DNA of 64,000 nt. It comes from Armatimonadota bacterium (lineage in GTDB: Bacteria; Armatimonadota; SYMT01). How positions within the stretch are numbered: the first letter of the stretch is position 1; every line of letters begins with the position of its first letter. The notes beneath the pieces were generated by a model, which searched no databases, was not told the origin of the DNA, and worked only from the letters and a program-made list of their open reading frames with translations. The stretch is taken from the NCBI GenBank assembly GCA_041690135.1, contig JAWLHY010000001.1, forward strand, positions 1,024,001-1,088,000, read 5' to 3'. Positions 38,204 to 48,458 of this stretch are shown here, piece after piece. The translations under genes were made by a program, and so were the position numbers.

Positions 38204-39757
38204 TTATGGAGACGGTGGGAATTTCCGGATACGGCTGTAGCGCGGATACGTCTCGAAGATCTCCGGATGGTTCCCCAGCCTCGGATCGCCGGTTTCCTTC
38301 AGATAAGCGTCCAGCGTGTCGCGAAGACGTTTTCGGGCGGCCGCGTGCACGGGATCGGTCGCCAGGTTCTTGAGGCACGCCGGGTCCTTCTCGATCGCGT
38401 ACAGCTCCTCCGCGGGTCGCTTTCCGACTGACCAGTGCAGGAATGGGGCGATCTTCGAATCGTCGCGCCGCGTGACGAGGATGGCCTTGGACGGGGCGGC
38501 ATCAATGTCGAAATAGCCGTCCACGTCACCCCGGTCGGCCACTTCGGCATCCTCCAGGAGCCGCGGATCGCCGGCCGGCCACCGCTCGGGATGGAAGTTG
38601 CGGATGTAGAGATACTCTCGGGTGCGGAGCGCGCGGATGGGGTATCCGTGGTTGTTGTACCGGGACGAGGAATGACGCTCGCGGGCAGTAAAGGCCCGGT
38701 CGCGGCTCGGGTCCACCCTTCCCTGTTTGCGAGAGGTCAGGAGGCTCATCATGCTGCGCCCCGTCATGGCGCCGGTCGGCTTGAGGCCCGTGGCTTCCAG
38801 GAACGTGGGCGCAAAGTCGATGAAGGAGATCAGGTCCTCCACCACCCGGCCGCCGGGGATCTTTGCCGGCCAGCTGATCGCCAGCGGCAGACGGAACCCA
38901 TCGTCGTAGCAGTTGGCCTTGGCCCGGGGGAAAGACATCCCGTTATCCGAGGTAACCACAACCAGGGTGTTGTCCAACTCGCCGGCCTTCTCCAGGGTTT
39001 CCAGCATCTGGCCGAGGTGCCGGTCGAACCATTCGATCTCTAGATAGTAGTCGAGGAGATCGCTCCGGACTTCCGGCGTGTCCGGGAGATACGGCGGCAC
39101 CTCTGCGTCTTCCAGCTTCTTGCCCGCCTTCAACCCCGAGCCCTTCTCGAACACGCGGTGCGGCTCGCTGCCGCCGTACCAGAAGCAGAACGGTTGTCCC
39201 GGCTTGCGCTCTGCCAGGAATTGACGGAAGTTGCCGGCATAGTCCGTGGCGGCGACGCCCCCGAGTGGCTTCTCCTTCAGGCGGACCGCGTTATAGTCGG
39301 GCCCTGCTGGGTTACGAGTCCTGCCGCCTTCCTTCCAGTTGCCGGGGCCCCATCCCTTGCCCGTATAGCCGACGTGATACCCCGCGTTTTCCAGCAGGTC
39401 GGGGTAGACCTGGTACTTCGCGGAGAAGGAGCTGGCGTGGGTCCCCGCGTGCTCGACCTGCCAGGTGTGTCGGCCCGTGAGGATCGCCGCACGCGAAGGG
39501 CTGCAGCCGGGTGAGGCGCTGAAGGCATGGGTGAACCGGATCCCCGTACGGGCCACCCAGTCAAACGCGGGGGTTCGGACTCCCTTACAGCCATCCGCGC
39601 TGGTGTGCGGCCACGACTGGTCGTCCGAGATCGCGAAAAGGATGTTCGGGCGCTTCGCCGGAGCCTTCTGCGCACCACGGCCCGCCCCCTGAAGCGCCAC
39701 CACCGCCGCAGTGACCAACAGTCCGGCCACCCATCGTTTGCCACCCGAAGCCGTCAT
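38204..39757 (-). CDS. Sulfatase, secreted (heparan N-sulfatase-like)
   Basis: PNILFAISDD, CSPSRAAILTG, TSDNG, ELY..DP..NLA. Confidence 0.92.
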   Translation of the reverse strand: MTASGGKRWVAGLLVTAAVVALQGAGRGAQKAPAKRPNILFAISDDQSWPHTSADGCKGVRTPAFDWVARTGIRFTHAFSASPGCSPSRAAILTGRHTWQVEHAGTHASSFSAKYQVYPDLLENAGYHVGYTGKGWGPGNWKEGGRTRNPAGPDYNAVRLKEKPLGGVAATDYAGNFRQFLAERKPGQPFCFWYGGSEPHRVFEKGSGLKAGKKLEDAEVPPYLPDTPEVRSDLLDYYLEIEWFDRHLGQMLETLEKAGELDNTLVVVTSDNGMSFPRAKANCYDDGFRLPLAISWPAKIPGGRVVEDLISFIDFAPTFLEATGLKPTGAMTGRSMMSLLTSRKQGRVDPSRDRAFTARERHSSSRYNNHGYPIRALRTREYLYIRNFHPERWPAGDPRLLEDAEVADRGDVDGYFDIDAAPSKAILVTRRDDSKIAPFLHWSVGKRPAEELYAIEKDPACLKNLATDPVHAAARKRLRDTLDAYLKETGDPRLGNHPEIFETYPRYSRIRKFPPSP

Positions 39758-39923
39758 CGATTCCCTCCCACAGTCCATCCACGAGCAATTCTCGTTGCAC
39801 GAACCCCACAGTCGCTTGTTCCGCGCACAACTCGCACTTGCCTCCCCGCGGTGATCCTGGCGCCTGGCGGGAAGTGTTTCGACACCTTTCCGTCCGGTTT
39901 TGCCGCCGTGCTCCAGCCTCATC

Positions 39924-39965
39924 GAAAAGTGGCCCCCTCGCCCGCGGGCGAGGGGGTCACTTTTC
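39924..39965. terminator. Intrinsic terminator (bidirectional shape)
   Basis: gaaaagtggccccctcgccc-gc-gggcgagggggtcacttttc. Confidence 0.8.
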
Positions 39966-40044
39966 CACGGCGCATTCCTGCCGACCGGAGGACTGCATCA
40001 CGTCGACGACCTCGGATAACCCCGAGGCGGAAAGGGATTGAAGC

Positions 40045-40335
40045 CTAAGGCGCTGCCGGATCCCAGAACCTGCGAGCTACCGGATCAGAAGGCCACACGG
40101 CATTATCGTTGGCAAGCAACTTGGTAGTCTGGCTGGACTTGGCGTGCCCATCCAGGTACACCACGTTCGTTTGATCGCTGTGCCGGGGAGCGGGCGCGGG
40201 GGAGTTATCAGTGGCGACCTCATCCCAGTCCAGCAGATAGTAAGGCGAGTTCGTGGTATACAACCGCAGAGACGCAAGGGACTTGCTAACGTTTCCACGA
40301 AGTAGCCGCCCATTCGCAGCGCGGCCTATTGCACC
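40045..40335 (-). pseudogene. C-terminal remnant of a DUF1559/H-X9-DG prepilin-type protein
   Basis: PRHSDQTNVVYLDGHAK..FWDP; no GFTLIELL N-terminus; abuts sulfatase stop. Confidence 0.65.
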
Positions 40336-40339
40336 ACCT

Positions 40340-41800
40340 CTATTGTTCTCCAACGGCCCGAAATGCGGGACGCTCGCCGGGGACGGGCGAGTTGTCGAAC
40401 GTCCCCCGCCGGATGACCGCGTCGCGTCCGCCGAACGCCTCCACGCGTGCGGCCTGGTCGACACGGGCCCGAGCGTCGACGGCTTCCGGGTCCACGATCT
40501 CGCGCAGGCGGCCCTCCATTGCTAGCAGCGTTTCGACATGGTCCGGATGGCCGGCGAGATCGTGGATCTCGTCCGGGTCCGCTTCCAGGTCGAAGAGCTG
40601 CGGGGGCTCCCTTACGTAGTGGACATACTTGAAGCGCCCTTGCCGGAGCATGAAGATCCCGTGCCGGGAGTTGACCGCATGATACTCGCTCAGCACCGCT
40701 CGGTCCGTCGGCGAGTGGGGCTGCCGGCAGAGCTCCCAGAGTGACCGGCCCGGCAGGTCGGCGTCTTCCCCATGCGGACGAGCACCCACCGCTTCCACGA
40801 TGGTGGGAAAACAGTCCACCAGCGAGACCGGCGTGCCGACGGTCTCCCCCGCCGGCACGTCGGGACCGGCCACGATCAGGGGGATCGCCGCCGACTCTTC
40901 GTACATCGTGAATTTCCCGAAGAGGCCGCGCCCGCCCAGACACTCGCCGTGGTCCGAGGAGTAGATCACCCGCGTCCGGTCCGTGAGGTTCGCCTCCCTC
41001 ACGGCCCCGAGCACCTCCCCCACCCGCTCATCGAGGTAGGTGCAGGCGCCGTAATAGGCGGCGATAGCGTTGCGGACTGTTCGCTCGTCCATCTCCACCA
41101 GGCCGAACTGGGTTCGCATCCGGGCCAATGAGGGGTGGTCCGGCTGTTCGCCCGCGCGCCACTGGGGTGGGAGCGGAATGTCTTCCAGCGGGTAAAGATC
41201 GTAAAGCCGCTCCGGCGCCACGTAGGGCGGATGCGGGCACACGAACGAAACGAAGAGCGCCCACGGGTGCGGGTCGTCCGCGTGGTGACGGATCCACTGC
41301 CGGGCCGTCGCCGCGATCCGCGCGTCGTAGTCGAGGTAGGTCGACTCGCCAGGGCCGGCGCTGGCGACCCCATCCAGCTTCTTCCGTGCGGGAGGATCGT
41401 CGCGGATGCAGCCGAGGAGGTCCCCCACTCCGTCCACCACGTGGAGCGGATCGATCTCCTCGGAAAACCCGTTGTCGTCCTCACGGCTGCGGAAGTGCAG
41501 CTTGCCGATGGACGCGACTGTATACCCCTGGTCTCGCAGGCGGTGGTGCCAGCCCGGTACGCTTCCGTCATAGGGGAAGGCGTTGTCCCAGAACCCGATC
41601 TGGTGGACCCACCGGCCCGTCGCCAGGCTCGCCCGCGCCGGTACGCAAATGGGACAGGGCGTGTAAGCGTTCGTGAACCGCACCCCCCGGGCCGCGAGCC
41701 GGTCCAGGTTCGGCGTGCGAACGAGCGGATGTCCGTAGCACCCCGCGGCATCGCGGTTATGCTCGTCGGAGAGAATGAAGAGAAGGTGAGCCGGCTTCAA
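40340..41800 (-). CDS. Sulfatase (choline-sulfatase-like, no signal peptide)
   Basis: LFILSDEH, CVPARASLATG, GKLH, PHPPY, SSDHG, LFDLEADP. Confidence 0.92.
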   Translation of the reverse strand: MKPAHLLFILSDEHNRDAAGCYGHPLVRTPNLDRLAARGVRFTNAYTPCPICVPARASLATGRWVHQIGFWDNAFPYDGSVPGWHHRLRDQGYTVASIGKLHFRSREDDNGFSEEIDPLHVVDGVGDLLGCIRDDPPARKKLDGVASAGPGESTYLDYDARIAATARQWIRHHADDPHPWALFVSFVCPHPPYVAPERLYDLYPLEDIPLPPQWRAGEQPDHPSLARMRTQFGLVEMDERTVRNAIAAYYGACTYLDERVGEVLGAVREANLTDRTRVIYSSDHGECLGGRGLFGKFTMYEESAAIPLIVAGPDVPAGETVGTPVSLVDCFPTIVEAVGARPHGEDADLPGRSLWELCRQPHSPTDRAVLSEYHAVNSRHGIFMLRQGRFKYVHYVREPPQLFDLEADPDEIHDLAGHPDHVETLLAMEGRLREIVDPEAVDARARVDQAARVEAFGGRDAVIRRGTFDNSPVPGERPAFRAVGEQ

Positions 41801-41875
41801 CGCTTTGCCCGTTTTGTGTAAGGCTTTCCTAGCCGACGGAGGTTTACGCCCCGAGGGGGTGTCGGCTTCGCTGTT

Positions 41876-41899
41876 TGTAGCCGCGAGTTTACTCGCCCA
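41876..41899 (+). repeat. GTAG-type REP-like element, copy 2
   Basis: Identical 24-mer to 32143-32166. Confidence 0.7.
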
Positions 41900-41919
41900 T
41901 CTACGCCGGCTTCAAGGTG

Positions 41920-43296
41920 CTAGAGCAACTCGTCGATCGGCGAACCTTCCGTGAGCGGCAGTGGTCGGCCGTCGTGCGACGGGTAGGTGGTGCCGTGCGG
42001 GTCGTAGCCGAGCGCCTTGAATACCGTGGCGTGGATATCCGCCGGGGTCACGGGTCGCGATACGGGGAACGCCGCCGTCGCGTCCGACTCACCCACGACC
42101 TGGCCGCCCCGGATGCCGCCGCCCGCCAGGACCATCGAATAGCACTGTGGCCAGTGGTCGCGGCCGGCGTCGCCGTTGATCTTGGGGGTGCGCCCGAAGT
42201 CGCCCATCCAGATCACCAGGGTCTCATCCAGCAGACCGCGCTCCGACAGATCCTCCAGAAGGGCCGAGTAGGCCTTTTCCATTGGCGGCACGAGGCGGTT
42301 CTTGTGCCCGTTGAAGTTGTCTTTGTGGGTGTCCCAGACGATGCTCTGCCCGTTAACCGTGGTCACAAAGCGCGCGCCCGCCTCGATCAGGCGACGGGCG
42401 AGGAGGTGGGACTGGCCCCAGGTATGGCGGCCGTACCGGTCCCGCACCTTGTCGGGTTCCTGGCTCAGGTCGAAGGCCTTCTTCACCTCGGTGGAAGTCA
42501 CCAGCGACAGCGCCTTTTCGCGAGCCGTGTCGAACTCCTGGAAAGAAGGGTGTTCCAGGTGGCGAAGCCCCGTGTCCATAGCGTCCAGCAGGGAAGCTCG
42601 GCCGCGAGCCCGGTCGAGGGTGATCCCTTCGCACGGACCGATGTTGGGCACCTTGAAGTCCGGCTTATTGGGATCGGCATTGAGGACCAGCGGGTCGTAG
42701 CGCCCGCCCAGGAAGCCGCCGAATTGGCCCGGCGTGATGTAGACGGTGCTGTCGCAGTGCGGATACGGGGTGATGACGTAAGGCGGCAGAGCCTGGTTGT
42801 AGCCGTCCCGCTGGGCGAGGTAACCGCAGAGGGTGCCGAAGCTAGGAAAGTCGTTCCGGCTGGGATTGATGAGCGTGCTGTCGATGGCGTAGGGGCGCCC
42901 GACGATCGACCAGTACATCCCCGTGTTGTGCTGGGACTGCGTGTGGTGGACCGAGCGCACGATGGCGTACTTGTCCGCCATCTTTGCCAGGCTGGGCATC
43001 AATTCGGAGATCTCGATGCCCGGCACGTTGGTCTTGATCGGCTTGAACTCGCCCCGGATCTCCGCCGCGGCTTCCGGCTTCATGTCCCAGAGGTCGATGT
43101 GGCTGGGCCCGCCGCAGTTGAAGATCAGGATGACGGAGCGGGCCTTCGCCTTGCCATTCACCGCGCCGGCCGCTTCCGCGCGGTTCCAATCCGCCAGGGA
43201 AAGCCCTAGAGAGCTTAGCGCTCCAACTCGCAGTACTTCCCGCCGCGTCCAGCTATCGCAAAGCCGGGTCTTTCCTGGAACCTGTAATGAGAACAT
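41920..43296 (-). CDS. DUF1501 domain protein
   Basis: TRREVL, GGPSHIDLWDMKP, ARRLIEAG, WDTH, FGRTP, GRDHW. Confidence 0.93.
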   Translation of the reverse strand: MFSLQVPGKTRLCDSWTRREVLRVGALSSLGLSLADWNRAEAAGAVNGKAKARSVILIFNCGGPSHIDLWDMKPEAAAEIRGEFKPIKTNVPGIEISELMPSLAKMADKYAIVRSVHHTQSQHNTGMYWSIVGRPYAIDSTLINPSRNDFPSFGTLCGYLAQRDGYNQALPPYVITPYPHCDSTVYITPGQFGGFLGGRYDPLVLNADPNKPDFKVPNIGPCEGITLDRARGRASLLDAMDTGLRHLEHPSFQEFDTAREKALSLVTSTEVKKAFDLSQEPDKVRDRYGRHTWGQSHLLARRLIEAGARFVTTVNGQSIVWDTHKDNFNGHKNRLVPPMEKAYSALLEDLSERGLLDETLVIWMGDFGRTPKINGDAGRDHWPQCYSMVLAGGGIRGGQVVGESDATAAFPVSRPVTPADIHATVFKALGYDPHGTTYPSHDGRPLPLTEGSPIDELL

Positions 43297-43403
43297 CGCC
43301 CTTCCTCACGTGGATCTTGTCCACTTCCTGGGAGTGACGTAGGGCGCAGCGGTTGCATGCAATCGTGTTGAGCGGCCAAGAAACGGTGACGACGGCCCTG
43401 TTA

Positions 43404-44792
43404 CTAGCGTGCGGCGGTCGGCGCTTTCGGGGGAGCGACGCGGAGGCGCTCCTTCACCCTTTCGGGTACGCGGTTGATCAGGTGGTTTGGCTCGCCGGAC
43501 CGCTTGACCAGGTCGAACGCGTCGTACAGTTCTCCCGACGCGGTATGAGCCCGGTAGCGGAGCCTTTCGTCATCCACATGGATCACCTGGTACATCTGGG
43601 TGTCTTCCGCCGCGCGGCGCATCCACTCCTGGCGGCTCACGTTGTACATCTTGGGGCCGCTTACGGAAACGACGAAGATGGTGCCGGTATCGCGTTCCTG
43701 CTTGTTCAGCCCGGTCTTCAAATTGCTGCGGGCGTAGGTGTGGTCGTGTCCCTGGAGCACCAGGTCCACCCGGTGCCTGCGGATGACCGGAAGCCAGAGC
43801 TTGCGCAGGTCGTCGTTATCCCGTCCCTTTGCCGTGGACCAGATGGGATGATGGAAGGTGAGCACCGTCCACCGGTTCGGATTATCCGAGAGCACGCGGT
43901 CGAGCCATTCCACCTGCTCCTTCTGGCGCTCGTTCGAGTTCAGGGAGACGATCCGCATCCCCTGGTAATCGATCCAATAGGCGGTCTCTTCGAGGCCGTC
44001 GGGACCGTTCAACGGGAGGGCGAACTGCGGGCGCCAGTGGTCGGCCAGCTTCCGTCCGGTACTCATGGGAGCGCGGGGATACTCGTGGTTTCCGGGCGTG
44101 GCGATGCTGGGAATCATCGCGTTGATGAAACCCCCGGCCTCAAACCAATCGCCCCACTCCGCGTCCCGGTTGGCGATGTTGATCAGGTCGCCCGCGTGAA
44201 TGATGAAGCGCGCGCGAGGGGCTTCCGCGTGCGCCTCGCGGATCACCCGCGACCACATGGAACGCACGTCGTTCTGCGCATCCCCAAAGTAAATAAAGGA
44301 GAACGGCTGCGGTCGCTCGCTGGCCGTGCGGAACTGGATCCACTCACTCCAGTTCGTGCCGTCCCCCACCCGGTACACGTAGCGCGTGTCCGGCTCCAGG
44401 CCGGTGAACTCCACCGTGTGGTTGCGCGCCGCGCCCAGGTCGCTGGTGAAGGATGCGCTGCGGGACAGGACCTCTCTCGCCTTCTTCACGAACAGCGGCC
44501 CGCCCTCGGCCGGAGCGATTTGGGCCACCCCCCGGAGCACGCTGGTATCCGTCCGCCACGTCACCGCCTGGGTGTGGGCCGGGTCCCCCGTCCAGGTGAG
44601 GATGATCCGGTCCGGAGTCGGCGTGGGCCGGAGACGCTCCTTGTCGGGGTGCTTGGGCGGAAGGTCCTTCTCGTTCCGTTGCTGCGCCTGGGCGGGACTG
44701 CGGCCCAGGGTGGGATCCAGGATCGCTCTCGCGGCTCCCAGACCCAGGGCGGCGCAGACAATCACAGCAGGGACGGGATAGGATAGACGCAT
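43404..44792 (-). CDS. Purple acid phosphatase-like metallophosphoesterase with FN3 domain
   Basis: FGDAQ, AGDL, GNHE, HHP, GHDHTY; GLEPDTRYVYRVG. Confidence 0.9.
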   Translation of the reverse strand: MRLSYPVPAVIVCAALGLGAARAILDPTLGRSPAQAQQRNEKDLPPKHPDKERLRPTPTPDRIILTWTGDPAHTQAVTWRTDTSVLRGVAQIAPAEGGPLFVKKAREVLSRSASFTSDLGAARNHTVEFTGLEPDTRYVYRVGDGTNWSEWIQFRTASERPQPFSFIYFGDAQNDVRSMWSRVIREAHAEAPRARFIIHAGDLINIANRDAEWGDWFEAGGFINAMIPSIATPGNHEYPRAPMSTGRKLADHWRPQFALPLNGPDGLEETAYWIDYQGMRIVSLNSNERQKEQVEWLDRVLSDNPNRWTVLTFHHPIWSTAKGRDNDDLRKLWLPVIRRHRVDLVLQGHDHTYARSNLKTGLNKQERDTGTIFVVSVSGPKMYNVSRQEWMRRAAEDTQMYQVIHVDDERLRYRAHTASGELYDAFDLVKRSGEPNHLINRVPERVKERLRVAPPKAPTAAR

Positions 44793-45067
44793 CGGCAACT
44801 CCAGAGCTGGCGGCGGGACTTCCACCTTACCCTTTCATCTTAGCGCTGAACTCTCCGGATTTCCTCTTATCTCCCTATTCTGGGAGCCATCTGCGACTCG
44901 TGGGCGCGTGTTGCAAAGAGGAGTTAAGCAGCGGGCCCGGCGCCATCGATAGAGGGAAACGGCATCCACTGCCGTCCATTCCCGATCCTTACTGTCTGAA
45001 CACCTGCACACCCGAACACCGGCGTACCTTTACCGGCGGGCGGGACGTCCGCGCTCCCGTACGCGCG

Positions 45068-45076
45068 TGGTATAAT
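45068..45076 (+). promoter_or_regulatory. Extended -10 promoter for mutS2
   Basis: TGgTATAAT 26 bp before ATG. Confidence 0.6.
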
Positions 45077-45102
45077 CGCGGCCGGAGGCTACTCGAAGTT
45101 TT

Positions 45103-47550
45103 ATGAATTCACATTCTTTGCGCGTGCTGGAATTTGAGGCGATCCGCCAGCGGCTCGTCGGCCTGGCCTCTTGCAGCCTGGGGCAGGAGCGCGCGTCCGC
45201 CATGGAGCCCTCCTGGCGGGAAGAGGAAGTCCTCCGCTGGCAGCGCCAGACCACCGAGGCGGTGCGGCTGCTGGACGGTCCCGGCGGCGTGCCCCTGGGC
45301 GGGATCCATGACATCCGTCCCGCCATCCGCCTGGCGACGATGAGCGGGATGCTGGAGCCCTCCGTGCTGCTCACGGTGGCCGATACGGCGGCGGGGGCGC
45401 GCAAGCTGAAGGGCTACCTCTTGCAGCGGGAGGAGACCGTGCCGATGCTGGCGGAGCTGGCGCGCGAAATCCGCGAGTTTCCCCGGCTGGAGCAAGTCAT
45501 CTACGAGGCGATCAGCGAGCACGCGGAAGTGCGGGACGACGCCTCCCCCACTCTCGCCCGCCTCCGCAAAGATCTGCGGGTGATCCGCGGCCGGATGACG
45601 GAGCGGCTCAACAGCATCCTCCGCAGCACGGCCTACCGGGACATGATCCAGGACCCGGTAATCACCACCCGCGAAGGGCGGTTCTGCATCCCCGTAAAGA
45701 GTGAATACCGCACCCAGTTCGGCGGTCTGGTCCACGACCAGTCATCCAGCGGCGCCACCCTCTTCATGGAGCCGACCCCCGTGGTCGAACTGGGGAACGA
45801 ACTGCGGCAGGTGGAACTCAAGGAACGGCAGGAAGTGGAGCGCATTCTCCATGAGCTGACCGGGCACGTGGCGAAAGTCGAGGGGGACCTGAGCGCCACG
45901 GTGGAGCTCCTGGGGGAACTGGACTACCTCTTCGCCCGCGGTCGCCTCTCCCAGGCGATGGACGCGGTGGAGCCGGAGATCAACCGCGAGGGGTTCATCG
46001 GCCTGCGGCGCGCCCGTCACCCGCTGCTGGAAGGAAACGTAGTTCCGATCGATGTGGATCTGGGCCGCGAGCATACGGTGCTGGTCATCACCGGCCCCAA
46101 CACCGGCGGCAAAACGGTGGGCATGAAAACGGTGGGCCTGTTGGCGCTGATGGCACAGTGCGGACTTCACATCCCGGCCCACGAAGGGAGCACGCTGCCG
46201 GTGTTCCGGGGCGTGTACGCGGATATCGGGGACGAGCAGAGCATCCAGCAGTCGCTCTCCACCTTCAGCGGCCACATCACCAACATTGCCCGCATCCTGA
46301 AGGGTGTAGAGGCCACGGGCGCCCGTTCGCTGGTGCTCCTCGACGAGGCGGGCGCGGGTACGGACCCGGCGGAAGGCTCGGCACTGGCCAAGGCGATCCT
46401 GCAGCACCTGTTGCAAAAGCGCGCACGGACCATCGCCTCCACCCACTACGGGGAACTGAAGGAGTTCGCCTACGCCACCCCCGGCGTGCAGAACGCCAGC
46501 GTGGAGTTCGATCTCCAGACGCTCCGCCCGACCTATCGTCTCCTGATCGGGGTGCCGGGCGCCAGCAACGCCTTCGCGATCGCCGCGCGCCTGGGTCTGC
46601 CGGAAGAGATCGTCCAGGCGGCGCGGGGCATGGTGGGCACCGATCGCGCCGTGCTCTCCGACGTGATCCAGCGCCTGACCGAGAACCAGCGCGCCTCCGA
46701 AGAGGACGTCCGTAAAGCAGCGCAGACCGCCCGCGACGTGGACTTGCGCAGGGAGCAGTTGGAGCGCGACGTCCGCAAGCTGGAAGCGGACCGGCGCGAG
46801 ATCCTGGCTCGCGCCCGCACCGAGGCGGAGGACCTTCTCCGTGCCGCGCGCCGGGAGATGGACCGGGTACGGGATGAGCTCCGCCGGGTCGAGAAAGCAG
46901 TGAAGCGCGCGCAGGAGGACCCGGCGGACACTGCATCCCTCCAGAAGGCCAGGGACCGGCTGCAGGCGCTTGCCGGGCGCACGGAAGGCCGCACCGCGAA
47001 GGTCGAGCGAAAGATCGAGGCTCGAGCTCCGGTGATCGAAGCGCCTCGGCCGGAGGTGAAGGTCGACTCTACGCCGCCGGCGGTTGGGGACTCGGTGTGG
47101 GTGGCCGGTTTGAACCAGCGCGGCACCCTCCTCTCGCTGCCGGCCGAAGGGCGCGCGCAGGTGCAGATCGGCGCCATGCGGACCACGGTCCCAGCCGAGA
47201 ACTTGCAGCGGCTCGCGGCCCCGCAGCCCGCCGTAGTGTCGCGACCAGTCTCCGTCGTCAGCGCCGGCTCCGCGCCGGACCTGCGGATGCGGGCCCACGC
47301 CTCGATGTCGCCGGAAGTACATCTTCGAGGCATGCGCGCCGAGGAAGCCCTGGACCGTCTCGATGAATATGTAGACCAGGCGTGCCTGGCGGGTTATTCT
47401 CCCTTGAGGATTGTCCACGGCAAAGGCACGGGCGCTCTCAAGCGAGTGGTCTGGGAGTTCCTGCAAACCCACCCGAGCGTGGCCAACTACCACCACCCTC
47501 CCGAAGAGGAGGGCGGGAACGGTGTTACCATCGTCGAGCTCAAAGAATAG
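45103..47550 (+). CDS. mutS2: Endonuclease MutS2
   Basis: ITGPNTGGKT, DIGDEQSIQQSLSTFSGH, LLDE.GAGTDP, THY, Smr domain HGKGTG. Confidence 0.96.
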   Translation: MNSHSLRVLEFEAIRQRLVGLASCSLGQERASAMEPSWREEEVLRWQRQTTEAVRLLDGPGGVPLGGIHDIRPAIRLATMSGMLEPSVLLTVADTAAGARKLKGYLLQREETVPMLAELAREIREFPRLEQVIYEAISEHAEVRDDASPTLARLRKDLRVIRGRMTERLNSILRSTAYRDMIQDPVITTREGRFCIPVKSEYRTQFGGLVHDQSSSGATLFMEPTPVVELGNELRQVELKERQEVERILHELTGHVAKVEGDLSATVELLGELDYLFARGRLSQAMDAVEPEINREGFIGLRRARHPLLEGNVVPIDVDLGREHTVLVITGPNTGGKTVGMKTVGLLALMAQCGLHIPAHEGSTLPVFRGVYADIGDEQSIQQSLSTFSGHITNIARILKGVEATGARSLVLLDEAGAGTDPAEGSALAKAILQHLLQKRARTIASTHYGELKEFAYATPGVQNASVEFDLQTLRPTYRLLIGVPGASNAFAIAARLGLPEEIVQAARGMVGTDRAVLSDVIQRLTENQRASEEDVRKAAQTARDVDLRREQLERDVRKLEADRREILARARTEAEDLLRAARREMDRVRDELRRVEKAVKRAQEDPADTASLQKARDRLQALAGRTEGRTAKVERKIEARAPVIEAPRPEVKVDSTPPAVGDSVWVAGLNQRGTLLSLPAEGRAQVQIGAMRTTVPAENLQRLAAPQPAVVSRPVSVVSAGSAPDLRMRAHASMSPEVHLRGMRAEEALDRLDEYVDQACLAGYSPLRIVHGKGTGALKRVVWEFLQTHPSVANYHHPPEEEGGNGVTIVELKE

Positions 47551-47562
47551 GCCGGTTCCCCC

Positions 47563-48405
47563 GTGCAGGCGCATCTGATCGGAAACATTCTCGCCGCTTC
47601 CCAGCCGCTCCGGCTGCCGGGAAGCGGCGAGAAGCGTGTACTGTCGCCCATCGCCCTCGAGCGCCTCTCCCGCGAAGCGAACGTCCCGCGCTGGGAGATC
47701 GAGGGGCTGGCGCTGGAAGCGGATGTGGTGCCCCTCCACTACCTGCGCAACCTCAGCCGGTACGGCCCCCAAGGACAACTCCGCCTGGTGCGCGCCCGCG
47801 TGGCCCTGGTCGGGCTGGGGCCCGTGGCACGCCACGCCGCTGGAGAACTGGCGGCGGCCGGTGTTGGGCGGCTCCAGGTCGTGGAACCGATCCCCTCCGA
47901 TGCAGCGGCGCCCCCGTCGCACCAGGTCGAGGCCGGGTCCCAGGCCGCGCAAGGGATCGCTCGGAGCGCCCGAGACCGTAACGCCAGTACCCTCGTCTCG
48001 CTAACCACGACCCGCATCCGGGGCGGCAATCCGGCGGAGGCCGTGCGGGACTGCGACGTGGTAGGCTCCATCCTGGAAGATTCCGCCGACGAGCAGCTCC
48101 TCCAGTTCGCCTGCCGGATGGCTCGAGTGCCGTTGGTGGTCACGGGGGCGGAGGGGAATCGGGGGCAGGCCACCACCGTCTTTCCCGGTGATGCCGGAGT
48201 TGCCCTCGTGTACAAACCCGATCGTCCCCACCTCGACCCCTCCCGTCCCGGCACCCCGGTGGAAGAGCGAGCCGTGTTGATGGTCGCGTCCTGGCTGGCG
48301 GAACAGGTCACCCGCATCATCACCGGCCAGGGGGACCTCCTGCGCGACCGCCTCCTCTACGCCGACCTGGATCAGGCCTGGATCGAAGAATTCCCCTTGT
48401 CTTGA
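47563..48405 (+). CDS. ThiF/MoeB-family protein, degenerate
   Basis: YLRN..GQLRL..ARVALVGLG; lacks SNLxRQ and CxxC motifs. Confidence 0.75.
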   Translation: MQAHLIGNILAASQPLRLPGSGEKRVLSPIALERLSREANVPRWEIEGLALEADVVPLHYLRNLSRYGPQGQLRLVRARVALVGLGPVARHAAGELAAAGVGRLQVVEPIPSDAAAPPSHQVEAGSQAAQGIARSARDRNASTLVSLTTTRIRGGNPAEAVRDCDVVGSILEDSADEQLLQFACRMARVPLVVTGAEGNRGQATTVFPGDAGVALVYKPDRPHLDPSRPGTPVEERAVLMVASWLAEQVTRIITGQGDLLRDRLLYADLDQAWIEEFPLS

Positions 48406-48458
48406 GGTGCGAGAGATGAAGTGCGTGGCAGGTAGGAAGTGCGAGTCAGGAGCGAAGT
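48404..48458. repeat. Heptamer-based short repeat array (left arm)
   Basis: aggtgcg/aagtgcg units; 16-bp aggtaggaagtgcgag (48430-48445) inverted at 49013-49028. Confidence 0.65.
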
